64,000 nucleotides of DNA from a virus, in the IMG/VR virus record IMGVR_UViG_3300044712_002165, positions 11,143 to 75,142 of that record. The stretch is one strand, 5' to 3'. Both the position numbers and the translations under genes were made by a program. The notes under the pieces were generated by a model. The model ran no database searches, was not told the origin of the DNA, and worked only from the letters and a program-made list of their open reading frames with translations. Position 1 is the first letter of the stretch. Each line of letters opens with the position of its first letter. Positions 19,232 through 27,570 of the stretch are shown here, piece by piece.

Positions 19232-19530
19232 TGTCGAACGCGTACACCAGGGCTGATCTGATCGCTGCGGTCAGCGAGACCACCAAGCTTCCTCCGGAGC
19301 AAGTCCGTGAAGTCGTTGAGGAGGCTCTTGTGCAGGTCAGTCTCCAGTTGATTGCCGGTCGGCGCGTCGAATTCCGAGGCTTCGGTGTCTTCGAGCCTGT
19401 GACGCGGAAAGCGAAAGTAGGGCGTAATCCGAGACGACCGCAGGCTGGTGACTACATTATTCCTGCCAAGAGGACCGTCAAATTCCGTCCGGGCAAGGAC
19501 CTTGGCCTGGAAATGAATCCGTCAGAGTGA
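19231..19530 (+). CDS. HU/IHF family DNA-binding protein
   Basis: TRADLIAAVS..GRRVEFRGFGVF..RKAKVGRNPR..IPAKRTVKFRPGKDL. Confidence 0.95.
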   Translation: MSNAYTRADLIAAVSETTKLPPEQVREVVEEALVQVSLQLIAGRRVEFRGFGVFEPVTRKAKVGRNPRRPQAGDYIIPAKRTVKFRPGKDLGLEMNPSE

Positions 19531-20583
19531 TTTTGTATACGGTTCAACGTGGATCACGTTGTCCGGGCGCTTGCCGTGCGCGAAAAGGTACAGGACGTAG
19601 CCGCCCCAGCCTGATCCGAGGTACTTCTTCGCGATGGCGTGCGGCATGTCTGGAATAGTATCCATGCCTTCCGCCAGCTGGCAGCGGTAAGACATGTCAA
19701 TGGCATCTACGATGTGACCGATGCTGTTGTTGCGCACGCCTGTAAACGCTACTTCAGCGGCCTTCTCGATCAGCTTGAAGTTTCTGGGCTTGTTTACGAG
19801 TTGAGGCGTGGAGTGCGGCCTTCCTGTCCAGGCGATGCCCATGAGTCCGTTCAGAAAACGTCCGCTTGTCTTCATCTCCAGGATCGGCTTTGACCCAGAA
19901 TTCCAGACGCACAGGCCAGTCTCGTTGATGACGGCCGGGTCCTGCCAGCCGACACCCGCGTCGAGTTCGGACTGGAGCGCGTTTTGACCCAGGAGCAGGC
20001 GGTATGCGGCCGATCCGCCGAGCCCACCTCCCACTTCGTATGGCCAGTCGCTCAGGCTCACGAGAGGGCTGACAGCGCAGTTGACCACGTGCGCACCGTG
20101 AACAGCGAACTTCGGGACATCCAGCCAGCCGCCGGCAAAATCAACGCGCAACGGCACGCGTTCAGGAGCACGCATGTACCTGGCGATTTCGGTGCTGCTG
20201 ATCTGAGCGAATCCGAGCGTCTTGGGCAGTTTGACGTACTGCGCCCCGATCTCGTCGCACAAGGCGCGCTTTTCTTTCTCGTAAAGATCGTCTTCGGTCA
20301 CGGCGAGAATGTCCGGGCGAAGAGCGAGGAACTGTGATTTGAAGTTGAGACCTTCCTCTTCGTCCCTTCCGACGACAACTTTGTCTACGACGCCGAGCGC
20401 TTGCAGGATGTGAACCCTGTGATCGACGTTTAGAGCTGGTCTACGGTGTTTGTGCGCAGCCAGGACGGTATCGGTTGGAACGCAGACGATCAGGAAATTG
20501 CCAAGGGCTTTGGCTGCGGTCAGGAACTCAACGTGACCGCCGTGTAGAATGTCGTAGCAGCCGGACACGAAGACTGTTTTCAT
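19522..20583 (-). CDS. fused cytidylyltransferase-like domain and GHMP sugar kinase (HddA-like)
   Basis: VFVSGCYDILHGGH (HxGH); PLRVDFAGGWLD, GGGLGGSAA, GWQD, K.LGSGWGGY. Confidence 0.85.
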   Translation of the reverse strand: MKTVFVSGCYDILHGGHVEFLTAAKALGNFLIVCVPTDTVLAAHKHRRPALNVDHRVHILQALGVVDKVVVGRDEEEGLNFKSQFLALRPDILAVTEDDLYEKEKRALCDEIGAQYVKLPKTLGFAQISSTEIARYMRAPERVPLRVDFAGGWLDVPKFAVHGAHVVNCAVSPLVSLSDWPYEVGGGLGGSAAYRLLLGQNALQSELDAGVGWQDPAVINETGLCVWNSGSKPILEMKTSGRFLNGLMGIAWTGRPHSTPQLVNKPRNFKLIEKAAEVAFTGVRNNSIGHIVDAIDMSYRCQLAEGMDTIPDMPHAIAKKYLGSGWGGYVLYLFAHGKRPDNVIHVEPYTKSL

Positions 20584-20598
20584 GTTCTGTAGAACCGT

Positions 20599-21498
20599 AT
20601 GAAGATCGCTATCGCCGTGCTGACCTACCGTCGGTCCGAGACCGTCCAGACCATGCTGCGCGGCCTTGGAGAGCACTGTTCTCAGTACCCAATCGCTGTT
20701 TTTGAGGACTGCGGACAGCGCGATGATACCTCACGTGTGCTCGAAAAAGGGCGTGAAAGCCATTTTCGGCCGGAGTACCTGGCCTACGAGTACAAGGCGG
20801 CAGAGGGCGCTAACTTTCCGTTTACAAAAGTGTTCATGGGCGAGCGCAACCTCGGCGTCGCTGGCAACTCCAACCGTGCAATCCACTGGTTCATGACGGA
20901 GACCGATGCCGATTACCTGTGCCTCTGCAACGACGATCTCCACGTCCTGGGCGATTTCGCCAAATTCTACGCCGAGGCGTCGAAGGCTCTCGGCGTCGAG
21001 CACTTCTGCTTCTGCGATTTCACCCACCATCCGTCGTACAAGTGGACGACGTACAACGTGCGCGGGTATCCGGTGAAGTTCATGCCCAGGTTCACCGGCA
21101 TCATGCTCATGTTTACAAGACCGCTGCTGGAACGCGTCGGCTATTTCGACGCTCAGTTCACGCAGTTTGGTGAGGAGCACTGCGACATGACCATTCGGTG
21201 CCGGTTTGCCGGCGGGATCAAACTCGAAGGCCGCGACATGAACTGTCTCGACATCGAGCACCAGCTTTTGAAGCACCAGGAGTGCGGGACAAGCGTGACC
21301 GGTCACGACCGTCAACGTGCCGACCAGGAGGCCAGTGCGATCATGCGCCAGTGTTCCCAGGACTACGGTTGGCGGCACTACCACCGCCCGTACCGGCTGA
21401 TTCTGCCCAAGATGGCGGGCGGCTACAGCGGTGGCGGCATCTCGGTGGCCAACCTCCTGGACTGCGGCTACAAACTGGTCGCCGACCTCGCCGGGTAA
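20599..21498 (+). CDS. glycosyltransferase family 2
   Basis: IAVLTYRR..VFEDCG..NLGVAGNSN..LCNDD..VGYFD..FGEEH. Confidence 0.85.
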   Translation: MKIAIAVLTYRRSETVQTMLRGLGEHCSQYPIAVFEDCGQRDDTSRVLEKGRESHFRPEYLAYEYKAAEGANFPFTKVFMGERNLGVAGNSNRAIHWFMTETDADYLCLCNDDLHVLGDFAKFYAEASKALGVEHFCFCDFTHHPSYKWTTYNVRGYPVKFMPRFTGIMLMFTRPLLERVGYFDAQFTQFGEEHCDMTIRCRFAGGIKLEGRDMNCLDIEHQLLKHQECGTSVTGHDRQRADQEASAIMRQCSQDYGWRHYHRPYRLILPKMAGGYSGGGISVANLLDCGYKLVADLAG

Positions 21499-21508
21499 GT
21501 AGGTTGCC

Positions 21509-22024
21509 ATGCGTACAACCACGGTCAGGCGCGTCTTGGGGGAATCCGGGAAAGAGCCAGCACAGCGCGTTCAGCGAACGTCGCTGCTTCGTGTGCTGGG
21601 GGAGGACGCGCATGGCGAAGTCGCGGATTTCGATCCCAGACACGATGACTCAGAGCCACCGGCTCCGCCTGTACCGAATAAGCCTGGCGATGGGGACTTC
21701 AGTTCCTACGCGGATGTCGAGCAGGCCGAAGCTGACGCTGAACTTGGCCAGGAGGGCGTTTCCTCGGCGCTCAGCACGGCAGTGTCGATGTGGAAAAGCG
21801 GCAGCAAGTACGACGTGGCCGACTACCTGCTCAAGAGCGATTTTCTGTACACGGATTTCGTCCGCATGATCCGCATGCTTCCTGCCGATGAGGCTATCGA
21901 GCTGGGAAGCTTGCTCGACGAGCTGGCTCCGCCGGCTCCTACCGGCGCTACGCCGGAAGATTTGGTTTCTGCGGTGACAGGCACGTCGCCCAGCACCGGC
22001 AAACCTGAAGCTCCTGCGCCATGA
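21509..22024 (+). CDS. hypothetical protein, probable prohead/internal protein
   Basis: Repeated RVLGE motif, acidic, upstream of the head genes. Confidence 0.6.
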   Translation: MRTTTVRRVLGESGKEPAQRVQRTSLLRVLGEDAHGEVADFDPRHDDSEPPAPPVPNKPGDGDFSSYADVEQAEADAELGQEGVSSALSTAVSMWKSGSKYDVADYLLKSDFLYTDFVRMIRMLPADEAIELGSLLDELAPPAPTGATPEDLVSAVTGTSPSTGKPEAPAP

Positions 22025-22740
22025 ATCCTCTCGTCTCTCGTGTCCTTGGTTCGTCCGACGCGCCGGCACCGGTCAGCGAAAGCCGGTCAGCGCCAGTTCG
22101 TGAAGATGTCCCGGTGCCGTGCGCAGTCCTCCCAAGGACGACCTTTCGGGATCGGCTCAAGAAACGGCGCACGGAGGTGGCCAGGGTGGTTGGAGAGTCG
22201 AAAGCCCCTGAAGACGCGCTTATCCCGGACAACGCAGAGGACTATGAAGGGGGCGGACAGCCCTACGAGAAGCAGCAGAAACCGGTGAAGGACGTGGTCA
22301 TGGAACCACGCGATCCGTACGCCGACAAGGAAAAACTAATGACGCCGAGCGCGGCCTTGGTTGCGCCCGACGTGACGCCAGAGGCCGAGCAGCCGATTGA
22401 CCCTGCCAAGGTCCCCAATACCGGCGGTGGCGTGCGCTTTCGTGCTTCCGACGCTGAGCGCGAGCCGGCTGCGCCGAATCAGCCCCTGGCCAAGCGCGCC
22501 ATGGACACGCTCTTGGGCCGTCCTTCTGGGCCGTCGCAGCAGGCTGAGCCGGATGCCGTGGTCACGGCCGAGTCCGCGTACGGCCTGCTGGGGATCAAGA
22601 GCCCGGATCAGCTGCACCTGGAGGAGCGGTCAGGAGCGGTCAGCGGCGAAGCTGCGCTACGACAGGGTACGCCCATGCCCGAGCACAAAAACGGGGACGG
22701 TCAGGCCGTCCTATCCGCGTTCCGACGCTTTGTGGGATGA
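22021..22740 (+). CDS. hypothetical protein, probable prohead/internal protein
   Basis: RVLGS and RVVGES motifs, low complexity. Confidence 0.6.
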   Translation: MNPLVSRVLGSSDAPAPVSESRSAPVREDVPVPCAVLPRTTFRDRLKKRRTEVARVVGESKAPEDALIPDNAEDYEGGGQPYEKQQKPVKDVVMEPRDPYADKEKLMTPSAALVAPDVTPEAEQPIDPAKVPNTGGGVRFRASDAEREPAAPNQPLAKRAMDTLLGRPSGPSQQAEPDAVVTAESAYGLLGIKSPDQLHLEERSGAVSGEAALRQGTPMPEHKNGDGQAVLSAFRRFVG

Positions 22741-23018
22741 GGAACCAGGCCGCATCGGTCTCAACGGGCGCGTCCATGACCGTGCTGGTGACGCGAGAAC
22801 CGTTTTCAGACTACTTCGTCATCCAGCTGGAAAGTGGGCAGTCTGAAGAGCTGGAACCAGAGGAAGCCAGGACCTGGTTTGCAGAGCACGGGGCCAATAT
22901 GGACGCCGTGGAGAAGTGTCTGGACCATGTCTGGAACTTCCGGCAGGCGTCAATAACGATTACAGATTTTCGGTTGCCGAAGTACAAGCTTCACGCGCAC
23001 GCACCCCAGCTGGACTGA
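22737..23018 (+). CDS. hypothetical protein
   Basis: Overlaps the upstream stop (ATGA). Confidence 0.55.
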   Translation: MRNQAASVSTGASMTVLVTREPFSDYFVIQLESGQSEELEPEEARTWFAEHGANMDAVEKCLDHVWNFRQASITITDFRLPKYKLHAHAPQLD

Positions 23019-23135
23019 GCTTTCTGCGCGCAAACTTGATTTGAAAATCAAGTCTCTTAGGTGCGTTTTCGTATTCACTTCACTCGCCAGGTAGTCATTT
23101 AGCGTGCTTAGGCAGCGGGAGTTTCCCCGTTCCAC

Positions 23136-24803
23136 ATGCGACAATACCTTGCTGAAGGCGTAACGGGAGCAACTCCCTTTGTTGTTGATCGCAGCAAGCC
23201 CTTCGTCACGGAGAGCCGCCCCTCTGGCTCCGCATTCACCAAGATACCGGGTCGCTTCAGCGTCTGCGACTGCATCAACGGGAACAACCGCCGCTACAGT
23301 AAGCGCGTCTGGGAGAAGAACTTGAGCGACGGGTCTCCCCTGATGGATTCCATCGCCAAGAGCGCAGCCTTCGGTCTTCTTGAGCATCCCAAAGACGGTA
23401 CGATCAGTCTTCTTTCCCCGATTTCCCACCAGGTCACCTCGGCAAAGCTCATCGAGAGCAAGGGTGACGATGGCAAGCCTGTCTACGAGGTGGTCGGTGA
23501 GATTTCCATCTACGACACCGAGGAAGGCCGCAAGCTGAAGGCCCTCATCGAAGGGGGCTACAACCCTTTGGTTTCCAGCCGAGGATACGGGTCCTTGGTG
23601 AAAGCGCCGGATGGCGTAGACGAGGTGCAGGAGGACTACGTCTGCGAAAGCTGGGACGTGGTCATCAAGCCGTCCTTCTCGACGGCTGAACTCAAACCAA
23701 TGCGGGAGCCCGTGGCATCGACCACCGATTCCCGATTGGCTGCACCTCCGGCCCACGAATCGAACCCTCAGAAGGAGCAGAAGGCACTTGCTGAGGGTCA
23801 GTCAGGTTTGAAGGAGTCGCCTTCAAAGCCGGGCGCAGCCGTCGCTGCCGCCACAACCCAAAAGAGCACCATGGAACTATCCGAAATCAAGAGCCGGCTC
23901 ACGACGCTGCGCGGTATCGATGCCACCAAGCTCGATCCCACACGCGTCTCTGAGAGCTTGCAGGAAGTTGAAACCCTGCACCAGGAGGTTGCTACGTTCG
24001 GTGCTGCTGATCCCAAGCGGGCGTATGAAGCGCACCGCCTGCACCAGCAGCTCGACGCGGTCGCCAATCGCATCAACGAAGCCGTCGCCGCCCCGCGCAA
24101 GCAGGCCGCAAAGCTTCACGAGCACAACACCAAGCTCATGAAGGTCATCAACGCCGTGGCTGCCACCGCGTTGACCTACAGGAAGAAGCTCGGTGAGTCC
24201 CTCGGCAAGGAGGGCAAGACCTCGAAGATCGTCGAGGAACTCACCCGGCGCGGCCAGGGCTGGCACCAGCTCGCCACGGAGCGCAAGGAAGCCCTCGGGA
24301 CCACGACCAAGAAGTTCGAGACCGCCTGCGAGGCCCTCGACATCATGGCGAAGCGCTACCACGAGGACACCACCGCCCTCAGCCGCCGCCTCCTCCAGCT
24401 GGAGTTCAAGCAGCAGCTCGAAGCCAAGCCCGCGCTGGCCGAGAAGCTCTCCAAGGCGACCCGCATGCGCCACGTCGCCGCCGTCCGCGAGGAACTCGAA
24501 GGCAAGAAGCCGGCCAAGGTTTCCGAGGAAGCCGGAGTCGGCAAGCCGTCCGACGGTGCAGCTCCTGGTAAGGAGGGCATCAAGGACGAGAAGCAGAAGG
24601 GTGCCCCCAGCCCCGACGAAGGCAAGGTCGCCGACGCTCCTGGCAAGGTCACCAACGAGTCGAAGACGCCTGCTGCTGACGGCAAGAAGCCCGTCCAGGA
24701 GGACAAGCAGAAGCTTTCGTTCACGACGCCGGGCGATCCCCGCGGCTTGAACGAATCCGTGGAAATGGTGCGCCGGTTGAGCGGTGCCACCGCCAACAAG
24801 TAG
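23136..24803 (+). CDS. prohead protease (T4 gp21-like) fused to a coiled-coil scaffold region
   Basis: NGNNRRY..GLLEHP..ISH..T.EG..LK.L...G....VSSRGYGSL..WDVV..PS, followed by a long helical region. Confidence 0.9.
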   Translation: MRQYLAEGVTGATPFVVDRSKPFVTESRPSGSAFTKIPGRFSVCDCINGNNRRYSKRVWEKNLSDGSPLMDSIAKSAAFGLLEHPKDGTISLLSPISHQVTSAKLIESKGDDGKPVYEVVGEISIYDTEEGRKLKALIEGGYNPLVSSRGYGSLVKAPDGVDEVQEDYVCESWDVVIKPSFSTAELKPMREPVASTTDSRLAAPPAHESNPQKEQKALAEGQSGLKESPSKPGAAVAAATTQKSTMELSEIKSRLTTLRGIDATKLDPTRVSESLQEVETLHQEVATFGAADPKRAYEAHRLHQQLDAVANRINEAVAAPRKQAAKLHEHNTKLMKVINAVAATALTYRKKLGESLGKEGKTSKIVEELTRRGQGWHQLATERKEALGTTTKKFETACEALDIMAKRYHEDTTALSRRLLQLEFKQQLEAKPALAEKLSKATRMRHVAAVREELEGKKPAKVSEEAGVGKPSDGAAPGKEGIKDEKQKGAPSPDEGKVADAPGKVTNESKTPAADGKKPVQEDKQKLSFTTPGDPRGLNESVEMVRRLSGATANK

Positions 24804-24839
24804 CCAACACTCAACGCCCACATCTGAACCCACAAAGCT

Positions 24840-26303
24840 ATGGTTATTCTGCACGAAACAGGACGGCCGATGCTGGCGAGTGAAGGCGGTCACATCAACC
24901 GCTTCACCGACATCCTCGAATGGGGTTACCGCCTGGCTGAGACGCCGGTCGGCACCCCCGAAAAGAACCCCCGCGGTCTCTGGGAAGCCAGGGGCTGGAA
25001 GGAGTTCGTCCAACACATGCCCGAGCACAAGCGCCCCATCGCGGCGATCATGCTCGAAAACTGCCGTTCCCGCTGGGGCCGGCTGGACGAAGTTACCCGG
25101 ACCACAAGTCTCGGTACCTTTGATAAGTGGATCTTCCCGGTGATTGCGAACATGTCCGAGAACGACGTGATCGACCAGCTCGTCGCCATCCAGCCGATGG
25201 CCGGTCCGGTCAGTCAGATCGTTTACATGGACATCGTCACCGGACGCCGGAAGGGCCGCACGCCCGCTGGCGCGCCGATGTGGCGTGCGCTCCAGGGCGC
25301 GGTTGACCGCGACGACGACGCCGACGAGCTGATCCAGGACGAGACCGGCACCTCGAACGGTTCCGGCGTGATCGTGCTGGAATGGACTCCGATTCGCGCC
25401 GGCACGCTGTCCGGCACCGTCGGCTCCATCTCGGTGGCCGACGACGGCAACGGCAACATCATCAACGTGGCGTCCAACGCTACCGTCGGTACCGTCGTGT
25501 ACCAGGGCACGGGCGCGGGCACGATCACCATCGCGTCGCAGGCGAACGCGAGCTACACGCTCACCTACGCCTACAACTCGGAAGGCAACCTGGCGATCCA
25601 GGACTACGAGATGAAGCTCTCATCGACGCCGGTTACGGCGAAGGTGATGAAGCTGAAGACCCTCTGGTCCGAGGAAGCCGACCAGAACCTCCAGGCGATG
25701 TACAACATCAAGGCCGAGAGCGTCCTGCTCAACGCCCTGACCAACGCGCTCCAGTACCAGAAGCACCGCCAGGTGATCTTCGATCTGCGCGCCAAGGCTG
25801 ACGCCGGCTTCGTCGTCTGGGACGCCATCGCTCCGGCGAACGTCAACTACCAGACGCACAAGTTCTCGATCATCGACGCGTTCGAGACCGCCTCGAACTT
25901 CATCTTCGGTGCCACGAACATGGTCGCCGGCAACTGGGTGCTCCTGGGTCTCCAGGCTGCCACCGTGGTGGCCACGCTGCCTCAGTTCGTGCCGAAGAAC
26001 TCCCGGGTCCAGATGCAGGGCATCACCTACATCGGTGATCTTGGAAATAAGAAAATCTTCTCGGACCCGCACTATCCGAACAACGAGTTCCTCGTCGGCC
26101 ACAAGGGCGACCAGTTCCTCACGACCGGGTACGTTCTGGCGGAATATCAAAAATTGTATACAACGCCCGACGTTGTTCTCCCGGACTTCATCCACCAGCG
26201 CGGCTTCGCCACGAGCTTCGCTCGGAAGATGATCAACTCGAAGATGTTCTGCCGCGGATTGGTTCAGAACTCTCCGACGGCGTTCGGCCAGACCATCGGC
26301 TAA
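24840..26303 (+). CDS. major capsid protein (T4 gp23-like)
   Basis: AIMLEN..LVAIQPMAGPVSQIVY..VTAKVMKLKTLWSEEADQNL.A. Confidence 0.95.
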   Translation: MVILHETGRPMLASEGGHINRFTDILEWGYRLAETPVGTPEKNPRGLWEARGWKEFVQHMPEHKRPIAAIMLENCRSRWGRLDEVTRTTSLGTFDKWIFPVIANMSENDVIDQLVAIQPMAGPVSQIVYMDIVTGRRKGRTPAGAPMWRALQGAVDRDDDADELIQDETGTSNGSGVIVLEWTPIRAGTLSGTVGSISVADDGNGNIINVASNATVGTVVYQGTGAGTITIASQANASYTLTYAYNSEGNLAIQDYEMKLSSTPVTAKVMKLKTLWSEEADQNLQAMYNIKAESVLLNALTNALQYQKHRQVIFDLRAKADAGFVVWDAIAPANVNYQTHKFSIIDAFETASNFIFGATNMVAGNWVLLGLQAATVVATLPQFVPKNSRVQMQGITYIGDLGNKKIFSDPHYPNNEFLVGHKGDQFLTTGYVLAEYQKLYTTPDVVLPDFIHQRGFATSFARKMINSKMFCRGLVQNSPTAFGQTIG

Positions 26304-26321
26304 GCGCTGACTGACTTCACG

Positions 26322-26354
26322 AAAAACCCGCAGCCTCACGGCTGCGGGTTTTTT
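26322..26354. terminator. bidirectional intrinsic terminator
   Basis: AAAAA-CCCGCAGCC-TCAC-GGCTGCGGG-TTTTTT, closing both the capsid operon (+) and the array transcript (-). Confidence 0.9.
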
Positions 26355-26362
26355 GTTTACGT

Positions 26363-27088
26363 TCCGGCCCTTCCTATCCTGTTCGGTCGTCTACCTTCCA
26401 ATCCATGACTTTCCTTTCCTGCCTTTCCGTTCCTTTCCGCAACTTTCCTCTGCGCACCGCTCCACTTCGTTCCATTCCGGCCCTTCCCCTCCTGTCCATT
26501 CAGCTCCCTAGCACTTCTAACCGTTCCTCTCCTGCCCTTCCGTAGCCTTCCCTGCCGGTCCGATCCTTTCCTTTCCCATCAGCTCCTTTCCGAGCCGTTC
26601 CTGCCTTTCCATTAGCGTCCACACCATTCCTGCCGGTCCGGTCCCATCCCTTCCTATCCATTCCGCTTCTCGCCATTCCAATCCTCTCCTGCCGCTCCAC
26701 TCCTCTGACCTCCGGTCCGTTTCTATCCCCGCCGCTCCTTTCCTGCCGGTTCATTCCCCTCCATGCCACTTTGCGACGCTCCACTCCTATCGTCTCCTGC
26801 CGGTCCGTTCCCCTCCATGCCGTTCCTCACCGTTTCACTCCTTGCCTCTCCTGCCGGTCCGATCCTTGCCATTCCAGTCCGCTCCTTTTCGTGCCTTGCC
26901 ATTCCTGCCACTCCGATCCGATTCCTTCCACTGCGTTCCGATTCACTCCCTGCCGTTCCTCTCCTGCCCTTCCTCAACGGTCCCATCCACTCCACTTCTC
27001 TCCACACCATTCCTCACGGCTCCATTCCTGCCTTTCCATTAGCGTCCGATCCTATGCAATCCACAACTGTCCAATCCTGCCGTTCCTT
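26363..27088 (-). ncRNA. pentamer-periodic guide-like RNA array with 13 units of AGGA-(NN-GGA)n-NN-GGC; VIPR-like
   Basis: The + strand parses in unbroken 5-nt register as GCC NN (TCC NN)n TCCT. Unit starts are 26367, 26421, 26480, 26534, 26603, 26632, 26691, 26745, 26799, 26853, 26907, 26966 and 27030. All unit lengths are 5n+4. Confidence 0.8.
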
Positions 27089-27090
27089 GT

Positions 27091-27570
27091 TTACGTTTTG
27101 GTACACCGTTTTCTCACTCTATCCACGGTGTCCCAAATTTCATGAAGGTGCGTGAAGAACGCGTATTTTGCCTTCAGCCTGTCAAGCTCGCGGTAGAGCT
27201 GCTCAAGCAGCACTGTACTGTGCTGCGCGCTACTCATGACCTCGCCCACGGGTCTGTACCCTCCGCCTTGTTCGCGGTCCGTGGTGAGGCTGATCCAGGC
27301 AGGAGCCGGGCTGCCGTTTGACAACGTTATTTCGATCTTACCGACGAGGTCTCTCGCCTCGACGATCCAGTATTTTTGAGCAGCTTCTTGAACATCCCAG
27401 GTAAAGTGCCTGTGGCATTCACTCTGTGGATGCGTGCGGGCAAACTCAACGATGTCGGCTAGGTGAAGTTTGCCGTCTTTGGAAGCAGCGCGGATTTTTT
27501 CGATTTCCCGCGCTGCCTTTTTGAGCCGACGTGGTTCAAAAGCGTTGTCCATTGGGAAGCAGAACTTCAA
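27091..27570 (-). CDS. accessory protein of the RAMP/array cassette
   Basis: GKL...IVEFAR..P.S..H.HFTWD...AA..Y....AR.L. It overlaps the RAMP gene end and its stop abuts the array. Confidence 0.75.
   Translation of the reverse strand: MKFCFPMDNAFEPRRLKKAAREIEKIRAASKDGKLHLADIVEFARTHPQSECHRHFTWDVQEAAQKYWIVEARDLVGKIEITLSNGSPAPAWISLTTDREQGGGYRPVGEVMSSAQHSTVLLEQLYRELDRLKAKYAFFTHLHEIWDTVDRVRKRCTKT

Noticed and set aside
26363-27088. Classical CRISPR array or simple microsatellite
   Set aside because: There are no 25-45-nt identical repeats with unique spacers. The variable positions are too diverse, and the register too strict, for slippage-generated satellite DNA.
26500-27155. Five ORF-track ORFs (94, 95, 130, 124 and 66 aa) over the pyrimidine-rich region
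   Set aside because: They are by-products of the 5-nt periodic array. The period is not a multiple of 3, the translations are low-complexity, and they overlap on both strands.
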